Shown here: positions 12,654 through 24,916 of the stretch, one piece after another
Layout: each line of letters opens with the position of its first letter
Position numbering within the stretch: the first letter of the stretch is position 1
From: Octopus bimaculoides
Lineage: Eukaryota
Reading direction: 5' to 3'
NCBI RefSeq assembly: GCF_001194135.2
Contig: NC_068997.1
Span: 20,125,342 to 20,189,341, forward strand
DNA length: 64,000 nucleotides
Position numbers and translations under genes: made by a program
The notes under the pieces: generated by a model
Told to the model about the DNA's origin: nothing
Databases searched by the model: none
The model's input: only the letters and a program-made list of their open reading frames with translations

Positions 12654-12882
12654 GGCAGTGGTAAAGATTAGCGTTGGGAATGGCAAAGGTAAAATTTGAT
12701 AAGCTTTGGAAAAGGCAGTGGTACAGATTAATGCCGGGAATGGCAATGGTAAAGATAAGCGTGGAGGATAAGAATGGTAAAAATTAGCGTCGGAAAAAAG
12801 CAATGGTACTGATTAGCGTCGGGAAAGGCAATGATGAAAATTAGCGTCGGGGGAAGCAATGGTTAAGATTAGCTTTCGGGAT
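12654..12882. repeat. Minisatellite of about 8 x 28 bp (consensus ggcaatggtaaagattagcgtcgggaaa)
   Basis: Units aligned by eye, for example ggcagtggtaaagattagcgttgggaat, ggcagtggtacagattaatgccgggaat and agcaatggtactgattagcgtcgggaaa. Confidence 0.85.
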
Positions 12883-13984
12883 CGACCATATCTCCACTCA
12901 TCATCTACGTGCTTCCGTTCAAGCATTTCAACAATCTCGCCATACCTATCTTTCATTGTCATTGTTGCTGTTTGAAAGTTGTGGACCCAACAAATACGAT
13001 TTTAATTGACATATGGAAATGAACACACACACACAGAAATTTCAACGAAAAAATTTAACATGAATTTCTGTTTTGCACAGAACTTCATAGACGCTTAGAA
13101 ACATTTATATACAGACAATGTTTTCAGCAAGTCTTATGTTTCAAAAGAATGGCTTTTGAATGAATTTTGTCCACCTCAAATTTCACAACTGTAGAGTGTT
13201 TTACCAGTCATGCTTGAAATGGAGTAAGAAACTTTATTGACAAAGGACAATGAATCGGTGCAGTCATGTCTGATGAGTGGTTGAGAAGCTCACTTTGCAA
13301 CCACTTCGTTTCGGTTTCAGTACAAAGAATAAGTCTTTGGGTTATTTCTTCGACTAAGACCCTTTAAGGCGGTGTTTCAGCAAACGACTGAATCAAATAA
13401 AAGGATAAAAGAATATTTTAATAATTAAATATTATTAAGGATTGTATAAGAAAATTGTTAAAACATTTTGCGTGTTGTAGAAGAATAACCAATTTGTTGC
13501 ACTTAAACTTTAATAATAAAATCTTCTATGGACCCTCAAGGTTCATGTGGTCCCTGGTTGAGAACCACAGCGCTAAACCCTTCAAGGCCCCAGTATGGTC
13601 GCAGCCCAATGATTGAAACAAGTAAAAGATAAATTATAATAGATTTTTCTCCGGTGTATGTTTGTAAATTACAAGTCTAGAACACTGACAAAATTATTTC
13701 CTTTCCAAAATATTTCAGCCAGTATTTTTTCTAGTTTATTTATAACATTTCTGCAATTAAATCAGAGCAGACGTGAGTTAGATATACTTGGCCTGAAGAC
13801 AGTTTAAGGATATTCGAAATTGTGACAGTTTATTTATCAAAAAAACATTTATCATCTTTGCTGTTATTGTTGTTTAACACAAGGTCATGAAGCAGACTTA
13901 TAATTTTTAAAAAAGCATTATAGCCGTCCCCATCTTGTTTTTTTTTCTTTTTCTTTGGCGGGTTTCTTAGGTAGAACTACCATT

Positions 13985-14290
13985 GTGCGGCGGCACCTTG
14001 GGCAAGTGTCTTCTACTATAGACCCAGTTCGCCCAATGCCTTGTGAGTGAATTTTCTTGACAGATGGAAACTGTATGGAAATCCATCGTGTATATATATG
14101 CGCGCACGTGTGTGTGAGTGTGTGTCTGTGTTTACCCCTCCTCCAACGATTAACAACCGATGTTGGTTTGTTTACACCCCCGTAACTTAACAGGTTTAAG
14201 AAAAATACGAGTACTGAGGGCGATCTGCTCGATTAAAACATTCAAGACGGAGCTCCAGCATGACCGCAGTCCAATAAATGAAACAGGTTA
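13985..14290 (+). mobile_element. tRNA-derived SINE with truncated head
   Basis: ggcaccttgggcaagtgtcttctactatag...gccttgtgagtga...gatggaaactg...caaccgatgttggtttgtttac...gaccgcagtcc matches the other SINE copies in the window. Confidence 0.7.
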
Positions 14291-14619
14291 AACATAACGA
14301 TACATTTCAAAATTAATAATTGTGCGTGAAAATTAATTAATTATTTTTTAAAATTCGTAGCAGATATAATTGAAATATAATATAATAAATAACATCGCGA
14401 TAGATAAATAAAAAAATTACATTAGTAAAAAAAAAAACAAAAGAAAAAAAGGCAAGTTTAATTAAATCAAATAAAAATTAGTATTTACGCATAATAACAT
14501 AATTATAAATAACTTGTTTGAATAATGCTTTTTTTGACAATTTGGTCTAATTTGTTAATGTTAATTGTTTGTTAATTGGGTTGAATCGTCACTGAAATAT
14601 AAATTATTATACAACTGTA

Positions 14620-16370
14620 ATGAGTGGAACACAGTTCGGAGATTTGGGGAGATTCCTTCGAACTTGTGCGTTCTAAGCCAGGCATAGGTAACATGTTTGG
14701 AGAAGTGAGCAGCAAAAACTTGGCTACATCATCAGGTGAGCCGCACTACTAACGGAAAAAATTCAAGATAATTTTTCGTTTAGGCATACTATTTAGAAAT
14801 TCTCGGGAGCCGCAGTTTTCCCATGACTATTTGTTCTAAGCTGTAGCTCGTTCCATTTATTCCAAAATCCAGTCTCGGTACCAATCATGTACTAAGGTAG
14901 ATTAAATCAGTTACACTTTTCTTCTAGAATGTGCAAAATTGATCAGTTTTCTTTATTCTTGCTATATGTTACAGTATACGGTGATGCGTTTTATACAGTT
15001 CAGTGAATTACCTGCAGCAGGGACTGAAGATTTCTTTCTATATTCTTCTTCCAGCAATCAAAATCTTGGGGCTGTCAATTACTATGGATTATGGTCAGTC
15101 TTGCGATGGAGCAAGCATCATAGCAGGTGAAATATCTGGTCTCCAAACAAAAACTAGGGAAGTTGCTCCAAAAGCTCTCTTTACGCACTGCTGTGCACAT
15201 ACTGTAAGTTTGGTTCTATTTGATGCAGTAAGCTCCAATATTCAAACCAAGTTGTTTTGTTTGGAACTCTAGAAAGTGTTTATACCATTTCCCCCGACAG
15301 TTTACCTCGTCTTTCAATGCTAAAAGAAGAACCAGGCAGTCAGATGAAATCTTTTGCACTAAATAAACTTTGTGATACTAGATGGATGCCCAGAAAGTCA
15401 TCAGCAGAAGCAATCTTGCAGAATTTATCAACGCCAGTAGTTGCTCTATAAAGAATCCTGGATGGCTAGAAGAAAAGCTGTACGCTTAAGCAGCTCGCTG
15501 ACGCAAAGAGTATACTGCAAACACTTAGTATTTATGAATTATAAGTTGTTCCTATATTTTGGAGTCGAGTGCTAGAAAACATTTCCAGTTTATTCACATA
15601 TTTATAGAAAAGTAGTCTAGATCTGGTAACGGTTTCTCAGTTTATTCAGATATTTGAAAAAGAAATGAAAGATACGCGAAATGAGTTTGAATCTCAGTTC
15701 AAACAGATTGAAAATGAAGCAATTGAATTGGCTCAAATATTTGATATTAGTACGGAATACAGGCAGAGCAGACGACGTAAAATTAAAAGATTCCATGATG
15801 AAATTGCAGAAGATGAAGGAATATTTGATGCCAGAAAAACTTAATGATTGAAGCCTACTAAGTGTCCTTAGATTCTATTATGAATAACATTGGTAAAAGA
15901 TTTTTAAAATGCGGCTTCCAAATTGTATGTTTTAGATCCAAAGCATTTTGACAACGACGTAGTCAGGCATCAACGACAGTCAAACTGAAATCATTTAGAA
16001 GTTTCTTTCATTCAAAGACATATACAAAGAAATAATGAGTACTAAGAGTAAGGCAAATTCAAGTGTGGGGAAACTGACTGCCAACAATGTACTTAAATCC
16101 ACGATTGCCGATGACCTGTGTTCCATTTATCCTGACCTGCCCATACTGTACTACATTTTCCTGACCTTACCAATAACTAGCACAGCTGCTGAACGATCCT
16201 TTTGTTGGCTGAAACAGATAAAGTCCTATCTTTGTTCAACAATGGGCGACGATAGATTGTCTTGGTTACCTTTGTTCTCCATTGAAAGAGTCTTAGCTAC
16301 TGATGTGGATTATAATAAGGTTATAGATAACTTTGCTAGAATGAAACATAGACGAAAGAGACTGTTGTAG
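14620..16370 (+). pseudogene. hAT-superfamily transposase pseudogene (ZMYM1/PRKRIR-like group)
   Basis: YGQSCDGASIIAGEISGLQTKTREVAPKALFTHCCAHTVSLVL (DGA and C2H motifs), LCDTRWMPR (W motif), and the C-terminal dimerization domain YPDL...FLTLPITSTAAERSF.WLKQIKSYL.STMGDDRLS. Many stops and frameshifts. TIRs not identified. Confidence 0.9.
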
Positions 16371-17015
16371 TTCCTTCGTGATACGTTTTTCACAATGTTT
16401 CGTTCAATTTTCATTTTACGGTTAAAATCAAAATAATTGAATAATACACGTTTTGAAATTTATGGACTAACTGTACAACTTTTTATTGTGTTTTAATTTT
16501 AAATACAAAATAACAATTCTGCACTTCCTTTAAAACTATATCTTTCTCGTGTTTCGATTTTAACTACAAAATTAGAATGTATTTTAACGGTGTGGTATAA
16601 AGTCTCCTTTGGTTTTGCTACGGAATTTTGCATACCATTAAATAGTATATGTTGCTTGTTCAATCGTGGAAATGATAGAAGAAACAAACTTTAAAATAAC
16701 AGCAAGACTTTATTCGTCCGTTAAATAGCACAGTGGACCAAATAAAACATCACGAATTCTGCTGGATGTAGTTCATCCTTTGTTTGGATAATTCAGCTCG
16801 GGTTGTCGTTGGTTACATGTGCTCCATTATATTAAATTTACTCTGATGAATAACGGCAGGGAAATAACATGACTCGCCTTCATGAAAATCGCTCGCCACT
16901 TTGCTCATAGATGATTTGTTAAACCTATTTATAGAAGGAGGGTAGGTTCCAGCGCACATTCAGATTAGTTGTTAGAGAATGTATTACGCGCAGTGTGATT
17001 GGATCTTCAAGCCAT

Positions 17016-17080
17016 ATGCCGCGCAATACTCGACCAATAAAAGAACTGGACTCAACCAATGTTCAAAATGCACATGACAG
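17016..17080 (+). CDS. Candidate first coding exon (MPRNTRPIKELDSTNVQNAHD, phase 2)
   Basis: ATG at 17016 and strong donor AG|gtaaga. It lies in CpG-rich unique sequence with several CCAAT boxes and is phase-compatible with candidate exon 26810-26929. Confidence 0.2.
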
Positions 17081-17928
17081 GTAAGACGACCAATCAATAC
17101 AGATTATCTTACTGAGCCTATAAGAGACTAATCGACTTCAATATGCTATAATAGAAATTGTTCTCGCTACAGCATAATCGACGAAATAAAAATCGTCCCC
17201 ATCACCATCGCTTGACAACCGATGCTGGTGTGTTTACGTCCCCGTAACTTAGCAGTTCGGCAAAAGAGAATGATAGAAAGGATAGGATTTAATGTCATGG
17301 AGATTTTTTGCTTTTTTTTTTTTGGCTGCTATTTCTAACAAATTGTGCAACTGCATTGAGACAGAAGCTTTTTCTTTGGTTTCACACATAACGAACAGTG
17401 TTGCAGCGTTCTGTTGGATTACTGTTATCACTTCAAACATTGAGTATTATTAACATAGCATAACATAACATAACAAACGTCAACTAGATTTTCTCTAAGA
17501 ACATCAGTAAAAACGTAATCACCAAAAGATTATTTTTATTTCTAGCTGTCCAACATTTCTGCTGTAGCTAAACTTCTATATTATCGATTTCTTAACAGTT
17601 ATTTTATTTATTTATTTATTTATTCATTTATTTATTTCGTTTTTTTTTAAATGAATCAATTGTGTTTGTATAATATATTCTCTTTCATAAATATCTGTCA
17701 AAGCAAAAACGTGAAAAACAATTGTGGTATTACACACACACACACACAGATATATATTTGGTTTTTTGTTTTTAATTAGGGGGTTAACAGTGTTGACTAA
17801 CCCCTACCTTTGATTTCAGGTCAAACATTTTAATCTGTGATACCTTTTAGTTTAATTTTCTTCTATAACTGTCAGATGTTTTTATATATTTATTTCATCA
17901 CATCGATTTAACAAAATAATATGAAGTA

Positions 17929-18227
17929 ATGTATGTATGTATGTATGTATGTATGTATGTATGTATGTATGTATGTATGTATGTACGTACGTACGTACGT
18001 ACGTACGTATGTATGTATGTATGTCTGTGTGTTTGTTTGAATGTATGGGTACGTACATATGCATGTATGTGTATATGTTCATGTATGTGTATGTGTGCAT
18101 GTATATATGTGTATGTGTGTATGTATACGTATGTATGCCTGTATGTATGTATGTATGTGTACATATGTATGTTTATTTTGTATATATGTTCGCATATACA
18201 TACGTACGTATCTATGTAAGTGCGTGC

Positions 18228-18258
<31 letters not shown>

Positions 18259-18488
18259 TGTATGTATGTATGTATGTATGGATGTATGTATGTATGCATG
18301 CATGTATGTACGTACGTATGTATGTACGTACGTACGTGTTTATGCATGTATGTACATACATATGTACGTACGTACGTATGTACGTACGTATGTACGTACG
18401 TATGTATGTGCGTACGTACGTATGTGTGTTGTATGTATGTATGTATGTATGTATGTATGTGTGTGTATGTACGTATGTATGTATGTAA
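17929..18488. repeat. Compound (TATG)n/(TACG)n microsatellite
   Basis: Visible directly. It produces the MYVC/HTYI artefact ORFs. Confidence 0.95.
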
Positions 18489-18950
18489 TGTACATAGTAT
18501 ATATCTGCAGTTTATCTTGTAGGTACATAAGTCTTTTTTTTTGTCATAAAATTTTAATGATGTTTTATTTCATTATTGCTCTTTTTAATCTGTTTTCCTT
18601 GTGTCCTAATTTCTTTTCTTTTTCCTTTTCTTTTCTTTTTTCTTTTCTTTTCTTTTTTCTTTTCTTTTCTTTTTTTTTTGTATTCGGCGATATTCTGTAA
18701 TCTAATTCGATGTGATGTTTAATATATGTAAGCAACGTAGAAAGATACAACATTGAATTTAGACACCGGAATGTTGATATTCATTTAAAGAACTTTCAAT
18801 GATCACTTTATCGAAATCTCTTTATTTCTTTATCGACCTAACTATCAGATAACGCTTGTCACAATTCGCTTCTACTGTTCCCTTAATTGCGCCCTTCTCT
18901 TGCATATGGGTCCGATTTGTTTGACACTGTAGCCTTCTCATCATCTTGGC

Positions 18951-19494
18951 CAGTGCTTCTCAACCATTTTTTAAAACCTTTATACCCCCCTTTCATTATT
19001 ATTCTATTTTGGTGAACCCCCAAAGCCATTTGATGTTTAAAAACTAGCTTTATAAATGCTTCTTTCAAAATTCCTGATTTGTTTTTCACACATTGGCTTG
19101 TGTAGGTTGAACTGTGTTAAATGTCAGAGAAAGAAACTGTTATATCTCACGTGCGGATGACCTCTACTCAACTCTCACTTTCGACGACTCGACTTTACCG
19201 AACTCGACGTCTAGTCTACAGACGGCTCCGTCTCGCTCGCCCGCTCTTCCGCTCTGCTCGACGCTTTTCGTCAAGCTATTGATACGGATTGGACTAGCCT
19301 ACTTATCGCCTGGGGGCGTCTACACAACAGAAACCTAGCTGTTTCTTGCAATAAATACATCCAAGCTAACATTTTTTCATGGACCCTTGAAATACTACTG
19401 TAGATTCCAGTTTATCATTTTGCTTGCGTAGACCCCCCCCCCCAAGTCTTACATGAACTCCAGGGGTCACATGGACCTCAGTTGAGAACCAGTG
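18951..19494. mobile_element. hAT (Charlie-like) MITE carrying a nested solo LTR
   Basis: TIRs cagtgcttctcaacc and gttgagaaccagtg, 8-bp TSD atcttggc/gtcttggc. The interior matches copies at 28630-28926 and 46116-46440. Confidence 0.85.
19138..19329. mobile_element. Probable solo LTR (192 bp)
   Basis: Starts TGTT and ends AACA, with a perfect 5-bp TSD GAAAC (19133-19137, 19330-19334). It is absent at the homologous position of the MITE copy at 28.8 kb. Confidence 0.7.
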
Positions 19495-19619
19495 GTCTTG
19501 GCAGTCTTTTGAATGGTCTCTTCCGTTCTTTTGGATATCATTTGACAACTGTAAGAGTACACCAGTTGCCTTTGAACTTTGCGGCATGTCTAACCCAGCG
19601 GAACTTGCACTTTCACTAT

Positions 19620-19960
19620 TACGCGATCACGTCGTTCAATCCACTCCGTTCTTGAATAACTTCATTTCGGTTGCATGGATCTTCCTATAGTTCTTTACTG
19701 TAGCCAGTCGTTGTTCTGCTTTCTTCATCGTAGCCCACTTCTCACTTACATATAAAAACGCAGGTCGGACTCCGTTATTCAAGATCGGCTCGTAGCATAT
19801 TATCCAACCGAGCTTTGAGCACAAATTTAATCAAGACAAACGCCCTTCATCTTACTCTAACTCTACACGAGATTTCGGTGTTCATGTCGCCTTCACGTAC
19901 TCCTTCGCCTCTTCCGTATCATCATTTCCCACCATTTGGCCAAGTGATACAAGACTAAAT
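19620..19960 (-). mobile_element. RTE-clade LINE fragment (post-RT region)
   Basis: GVRPAFLYVSEKWATMKKAEQRLA...HATEM resembles the RTE motif VRPALLYGSETW..TKK.EQRL..AEM. Confidence 0.65.
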
Positions 19961-20200
19961 TGTCATTATGCTATATCTAGAGGTCTTTCCCTTGTTCTTT
20001 TTTCAGATGAGTTTTATTTTTCAGATGCGTTTTATTATTTATTTTATAACTGCTTTGTTTTTCCTCATTACTAGTATAAATTCAATTAGTTTACAGTTAT
20101 TTTCGGTTTACTAGATTATGTTAATCAGTACTTAACTATGTTCTTCGTGCAGAGGCACCCCCGGAAAGTTTTCCAATACTATAACACTAAATTGCCTAAC

Positions 20201-20325
20201 CAGTACATTATTGCTCCATCCTCACAGATCATTGCCGTTTCATTGGTCTTCCTCCTTTCCGTTGTTGTCAGTGGCATTTCTGACTTTCCATCCATGGCCT
20301 CTCAGATGGCTATTCAGTGACAGAT
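20201..20325 (-). CDS. Candidate exon containing a start codon (MDGKSEMPLTTTERRKTNETAMICEDGAIMY, phase 2)
   Basis: Acceptor tatgctttaaaccgtgtag, strong Kozak context gccATGG (ATG at 20295) and donor TG|gttagg. No homology recognised. Confidence 0.25.
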
Positions 20326-21190
20326 CTACACGGTTTAAAGCATAGGTGACAGACGAAATTTGTAACTTACTATGTCTCCAACCGGTTTGGTTTGTACACG
20401 TTACCATTCTTCTGTCGCCATAGGACTTTCAGTCGATGGGATGACAAATGTGGTCATCATAAAGAAATATCTGTACATGATAAGGATAAATGCTTGTATA
20501 ATACAAATACCACTCTCTGAGTATCCGTGATTAGTACCTAATAATTGGCCGAAGCGAGATGACCACTAATCACGTGAAACTGCGGGTTTTTACATCAGAG
20601 TGTCCTTCTAAAAGGATACTGTGACAACAGCTGTAGATCTCTCGCTCCCGCTGGTTTTACTACATGTCCTGACTCCAGCTAAGAGTATTTCTCTGCGTCT
20701 CCGCGCTCAGATGGAATATCATCATATATATACTAGGTAGGCTATGACTGGAATCCTGAGAGGTGCTACTACTCTTGGCGAGAGTAGAGCTGGGAACAAT
20801 ATTGGCTAAGAAGAGATTCCACACTTCTCAACTCCCTGGAATTCCCGAACCAGAGCCCCACTACTGAATGCAGCTTAAAGTCATAACTAGAACGTGTATA
20901 CATACATTCACACACACATACAAGTATACATACATTCATACACTCACATGCACACATACATACGTACACACACATACACACACACGCGCATAAATAAATG
21001 TATGTTTATGTATTTATATATACTTTTTTATTATTAATCGCCGAAGTTACACTAGTTCTTGTATCACCTGACTAACATATATAGGTGTACGTGTATGTAT
21101 GTATATGTGTGTGTGTATGTATATATATACACACGCATACACATATATACATACATACATGTGTGTGTATGCATATGTATATATATATAT

Positions 21191-21226
<36 letters not shown>

Positions 21227-21524
21227 ATTTGCGTACGTGTATGTGTGTGCGTTCATATATCTGTGTGTGTGTCTGTATGTGCTTGTGTGTGTGTGTATTT
21301 TTCATTTGGCTTGCAGTATTCAGACACCTGGTAATTTTCCAGGAGGAAACTCATATATAATAAAGTTATTGTACTGAAATACAGACAACAACGAATACAA
21401 AGAACTCAATATTAGAAGTAAAGTAATATAAATATGTACTAAAAATGAACAGATTCGACATTACACTTAGTTTAGTTTATATCTCTCGAATTTTCGAGTT
21501 GTTATAACAAACTTACACACATAG

Positions 21525-22180
21525 GCGCAGGGATAACTATGTGGTTAAGAAGGTCCCTTTGAAATCACGTGGTTTCGAGTTCATTGTCATTTGGGCAAGT
21601 GTCTTCTAACTATGGTCCCGAGCTGATCAATGCCTTGTCAGTGAATTTAGTAGATGGAAACTGTGTGGAAGCTCGTCTTTTGTGTGTGTGCGCGCGCGTG
21701 TCTTTGTGTTTGTCGCTTCTCCCACCACTGCTTGACAACTGGTGTTGGTTTATTTACGTGCCCGTGACCTGGCCATCCGGCGAAGGACAACGGTAGAACA
21801 TGTACTAGACTTTAAAAAATAAGTTGTCAGTCAATTTATTTAAACCCTTGCAGGTGGTAACCCAGCACAGCCACAGTGAAATATAAAAGATTAAAGGCAT
21901 TACATTTATTTGGAGTAGATGAAGGTCCTTCCCGAATGATACAGACTCACGGGGCCGATTACCCGGTTGTTGTGATGCATATACTCTTCCCCATCACTCC
22001 CCTGGACGGGACGTGGGTCTGTCGCAGAATTACTCATTTTTTCCAGCTGAGTGACCTGGAATAACGTGAAATCAAGTGTATTTGCTCAAGCACACAACCG
22101 TGTCGTTCGATCCAACAGTCGAGACCACAATCTTACGATCATGAAACCAGCATACTAACCACTAAGCCATGTGCTCTCAC
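21525..22180. mobile_element. Two SINEs in opposite orientation
   Basis: Plus copy 21525-21900 (tRNA head, gggcaagtgtcttc body). Minus copy 21940-22180 (cagctgagtgacctgga core and tRNA head ...aaccactaagcc). Confidence 0.7.
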
Positions 22181-23663
22181 TCTAGAGTTGGAATAGACGT
22201 AATAAAAAAAAAAAAGAAAAGGATGGCAAACAGCATAGAATGGGAGGGAGGGAGAAGAGAAAATTCTATTGAGACAGAAAGAAAGTTGAGCTACGAAAAG
22301 GGGAGATTTATCAGTAGTGGATCAGATGAGTGTGGATCAGATGAGTAATACAAGAAAAATTTAAATATTAGAGAAATTGGATAGTTTTGGGGGAAAGCAA
22401 TTAGTTGAAGTTTGATCTTTATGTGATGGAAAAAAAAAGTTAATCGTTATAGTTCTGGAAGATATAACAGGTAAGGAGAAATAAGTTTCATTGATAACTT
22501 CAACCGTCTGGTGTTATAAAGGGTTTAAAGTATATTAGTGTTTTAAAGAGTTTATGCTGAAAAGGATACACTCATTCCGTGTAGAAATTAAGAAGAACGG
22601 AGATTAGAAAATAAAATTTCATAAGATTCTTACATACAGAATAACAGGGCTTGTTAGAATTTTCCATCTCTTGTCATAGCATTTGGGGATCTAAGATTTC
22701 ATATAAATTTAGAGAAACTGGTAACTGCGCTTCTAATTTTATGGCGAAAATTGTTCAGATATTGATCGTAGTGTAATTTGAAACCATTAGAAGTTAACTC
22801 GATGAATGATTTAGAAACCGTTTGTTTTGATAGTATCAATGTAAATAAGCTCTTTTGAAGAGTGTTCACGGTTTAGTGGACATTCATTTCAGTTAAGGCA
22901 ATTGCATGTCTGTGAACGTTTAGTTAGCAGAAAAAAGGCTAAGTTTGAAGCGATTCATGTTAGATAACGTTTGTGTGAAATTACATGTCGTATCAATTTT
23001 GTTAAACAATTTGTTACACTTAAAGCGTGGATGAAGTAAATTTTACAAACGGCTCAAAAAGATTTTGGCTACGAATGTTGAATTGTGTTGCCTATAGAGG
23101 GTATTGAACCATGCAATACAACTCTTTTATTTTTCTGGGGTTCGTAACATGACATATAGTATATTTTTACGGAAAATCCATGTTATTTTAGTATATCGTT
23201 GTGGTATTTTGAAGTGTCTGTGAGAACTGATTCGTTGGAGAGAGGCTGGAGAAATGTAAGGATAATATTCTTAACTAGATTGTTTAATATGTTGTGTGGA
23301 TGATTTGGAAGTTTGTGTATGTAGTAAAGAGAATCGTAAGGCATTCTGAAAGGTGGGAATTAAGAGTAACTGCGAGAACGCTGAGAGTCTTCAGACAGTA
23401 TTCGAGCTTTCAGCCCGAGTTCTTTGAAAAAATTATGTTCTTTCTCAAATATTTCTGCTTGACAGTGTTTAAAATTACGCAGAAATATGTGTGCATGTAT
23501 GTGTATGTGTGTGTGTGTGTGCGTGTGTGTACGCGCGCACGTGTGTGTATTCGTGCATGAGTACGTATGTGTATATATGTGCATGTGTGTGTATGACAGA
23601 CTTTCTGGTCAGTTTCTATCTAGCATGCTTCAGTCACAAAACTTGATACTTGATAGCATCCTA

Positions 23664-24244
23664 GGATCTTTTTTTAAAACGGGGGCCACATTTTTCATTA
23701 ACGAAACACTTTGAAACTTGGAACACTGGTAGAATGTGTCATATAAAACATCTTTTTCTCTTAGTCTTCTTTAAAAAAAAAGAAATCCCTAAGTTATTCC
23801 ATGTTAAAGTTGTATTTCTGTAATTTCAACCAATCACTGACGTCCATTCAGCCGATATACATTAAGTGCCGACTACATAAACAAACGATTCTGAAACAAT
23901 TCTATCGGTGATAGGGTTAGGGTTAGGGTTAGGGTTAGGGTTAGGGTTAGGGTAAAACAGCAAATTTAAAAAGAAAAAAGCAAAACGAAGCTATGGAAAT
24001 TAAATACGCTTTACACTGCTTAATCAGCCACAGGAGTAAATGTAAACAACTGAATACTTGTCAGTGATTGGTTGAAATTATCGAAATAAGACAATTTTTT
24101 ACATGAAATAAATTCGAATACAAAAATATTTTTCTGTTCTATAACACAAAATAGATAAGTATACGAAGTTTGAAAGTCTTTCGGTACCAAAAACACTACG
24201 TAAAACATTAATGAAAAATGTGGCCCCCGTTTTAAAAAAGATCC
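23664..24244. mobile_element. Non-autonomous DNA transposon with GG termini and 8-bp TSD (Merlin-like), containing (TTAGGG)7
   Basis: About 37-bp TIRs ggatctttttttaaaacgggggccacatttttcattaa and ttaatgaaaaatgtggcccccgttttaaaaaagatcc. Perfect TSD GCATCCTA (23656-23663, 24245-24252). Inner inverted repeat at about 23811-23841 and 24060-24089. Confidence 0.85.
23912..23953 (+). repeat. Interstitial telomeric repeat (TTAGGG) x7
   Basis: Seven perfect TAGGGT units inside the TIR element. Confidence 0.95.
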
Positions 24245-24871
24245 GCATCCTACTCTACTAAGATGTTATCCAGTGGAATCAGACATGTGGGTAGCCATGC
24301 AGTCGCGCCTGTCCTCATACACATAATACCGGAAGCCGGCCACCGGAAGTGTTATCGAAACTGGAATCTAGTGGTTGTGAAGTAAACTTCCTAACTACAC
24401 AACCATGCTTGCGTATAATATAAGTTGCTAATTTAGACACAATTTTGAAGGGAGTTGGGGGTGGGGGTCAGTCAATACCCATCATCTCCAGTTCTTGACT
24501 GGTGCCTTATTACATTATTTTAACGACTCTGGGTGGATGAAAAACAAAGTTGACCTCGATGAGAATTGAAATCGGAACGAAAAGAGCCGGAGAAGATACC
24601 GCAAAGCGTTTATTTTTTCCGACGCTCTAACGATTCTGCCAGCTAGCCATCCGCAACCGGTGTATATATAACAAAAGCTGTTCGCCACTATGACTACTAA
24701 TTGCAAACTATGAATTTTTTCAGATTTTTCTACACAATCGGAATTTACGCATGTAATTTTAGTTTCACTTTATAGATACAACCATCAATCATTGTGAAAT
24801 TGTTTCCTTTAATTATTTGTTATCTCAAATACCTATTTTCATACATCATAATACATACATACATACATACA

Positions 24872-24916
<45 letters not shown>

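Noticed and set aside
12654-12882. 28-bp repeats as a CRISPR array
   Set aside because: Units are contiguous with no unique spacers, there are no cas genes, and the context is eukaryotic.
13081-13223. Plus-strand segment with a strong acceptor and donor
   Set aside because: Stops in all three frames when read as an internal exon. It could only be a non-coding exon and there is no other support.
16840-16870. CTGATGA...GAAA motif
   Set aside because: No pairing is possible for stem II or stem III.
22200-23470. Possible old LINE remnant on the minus strand
   Set aside because: Too decayed to recover a diagnostic motif by eye.
23912-23953. (TTAGGG)7 as a chromosome end or fusion scar
   Set aside because: It is enclosed by TIRs and a TSD, so it is transposon cargo.
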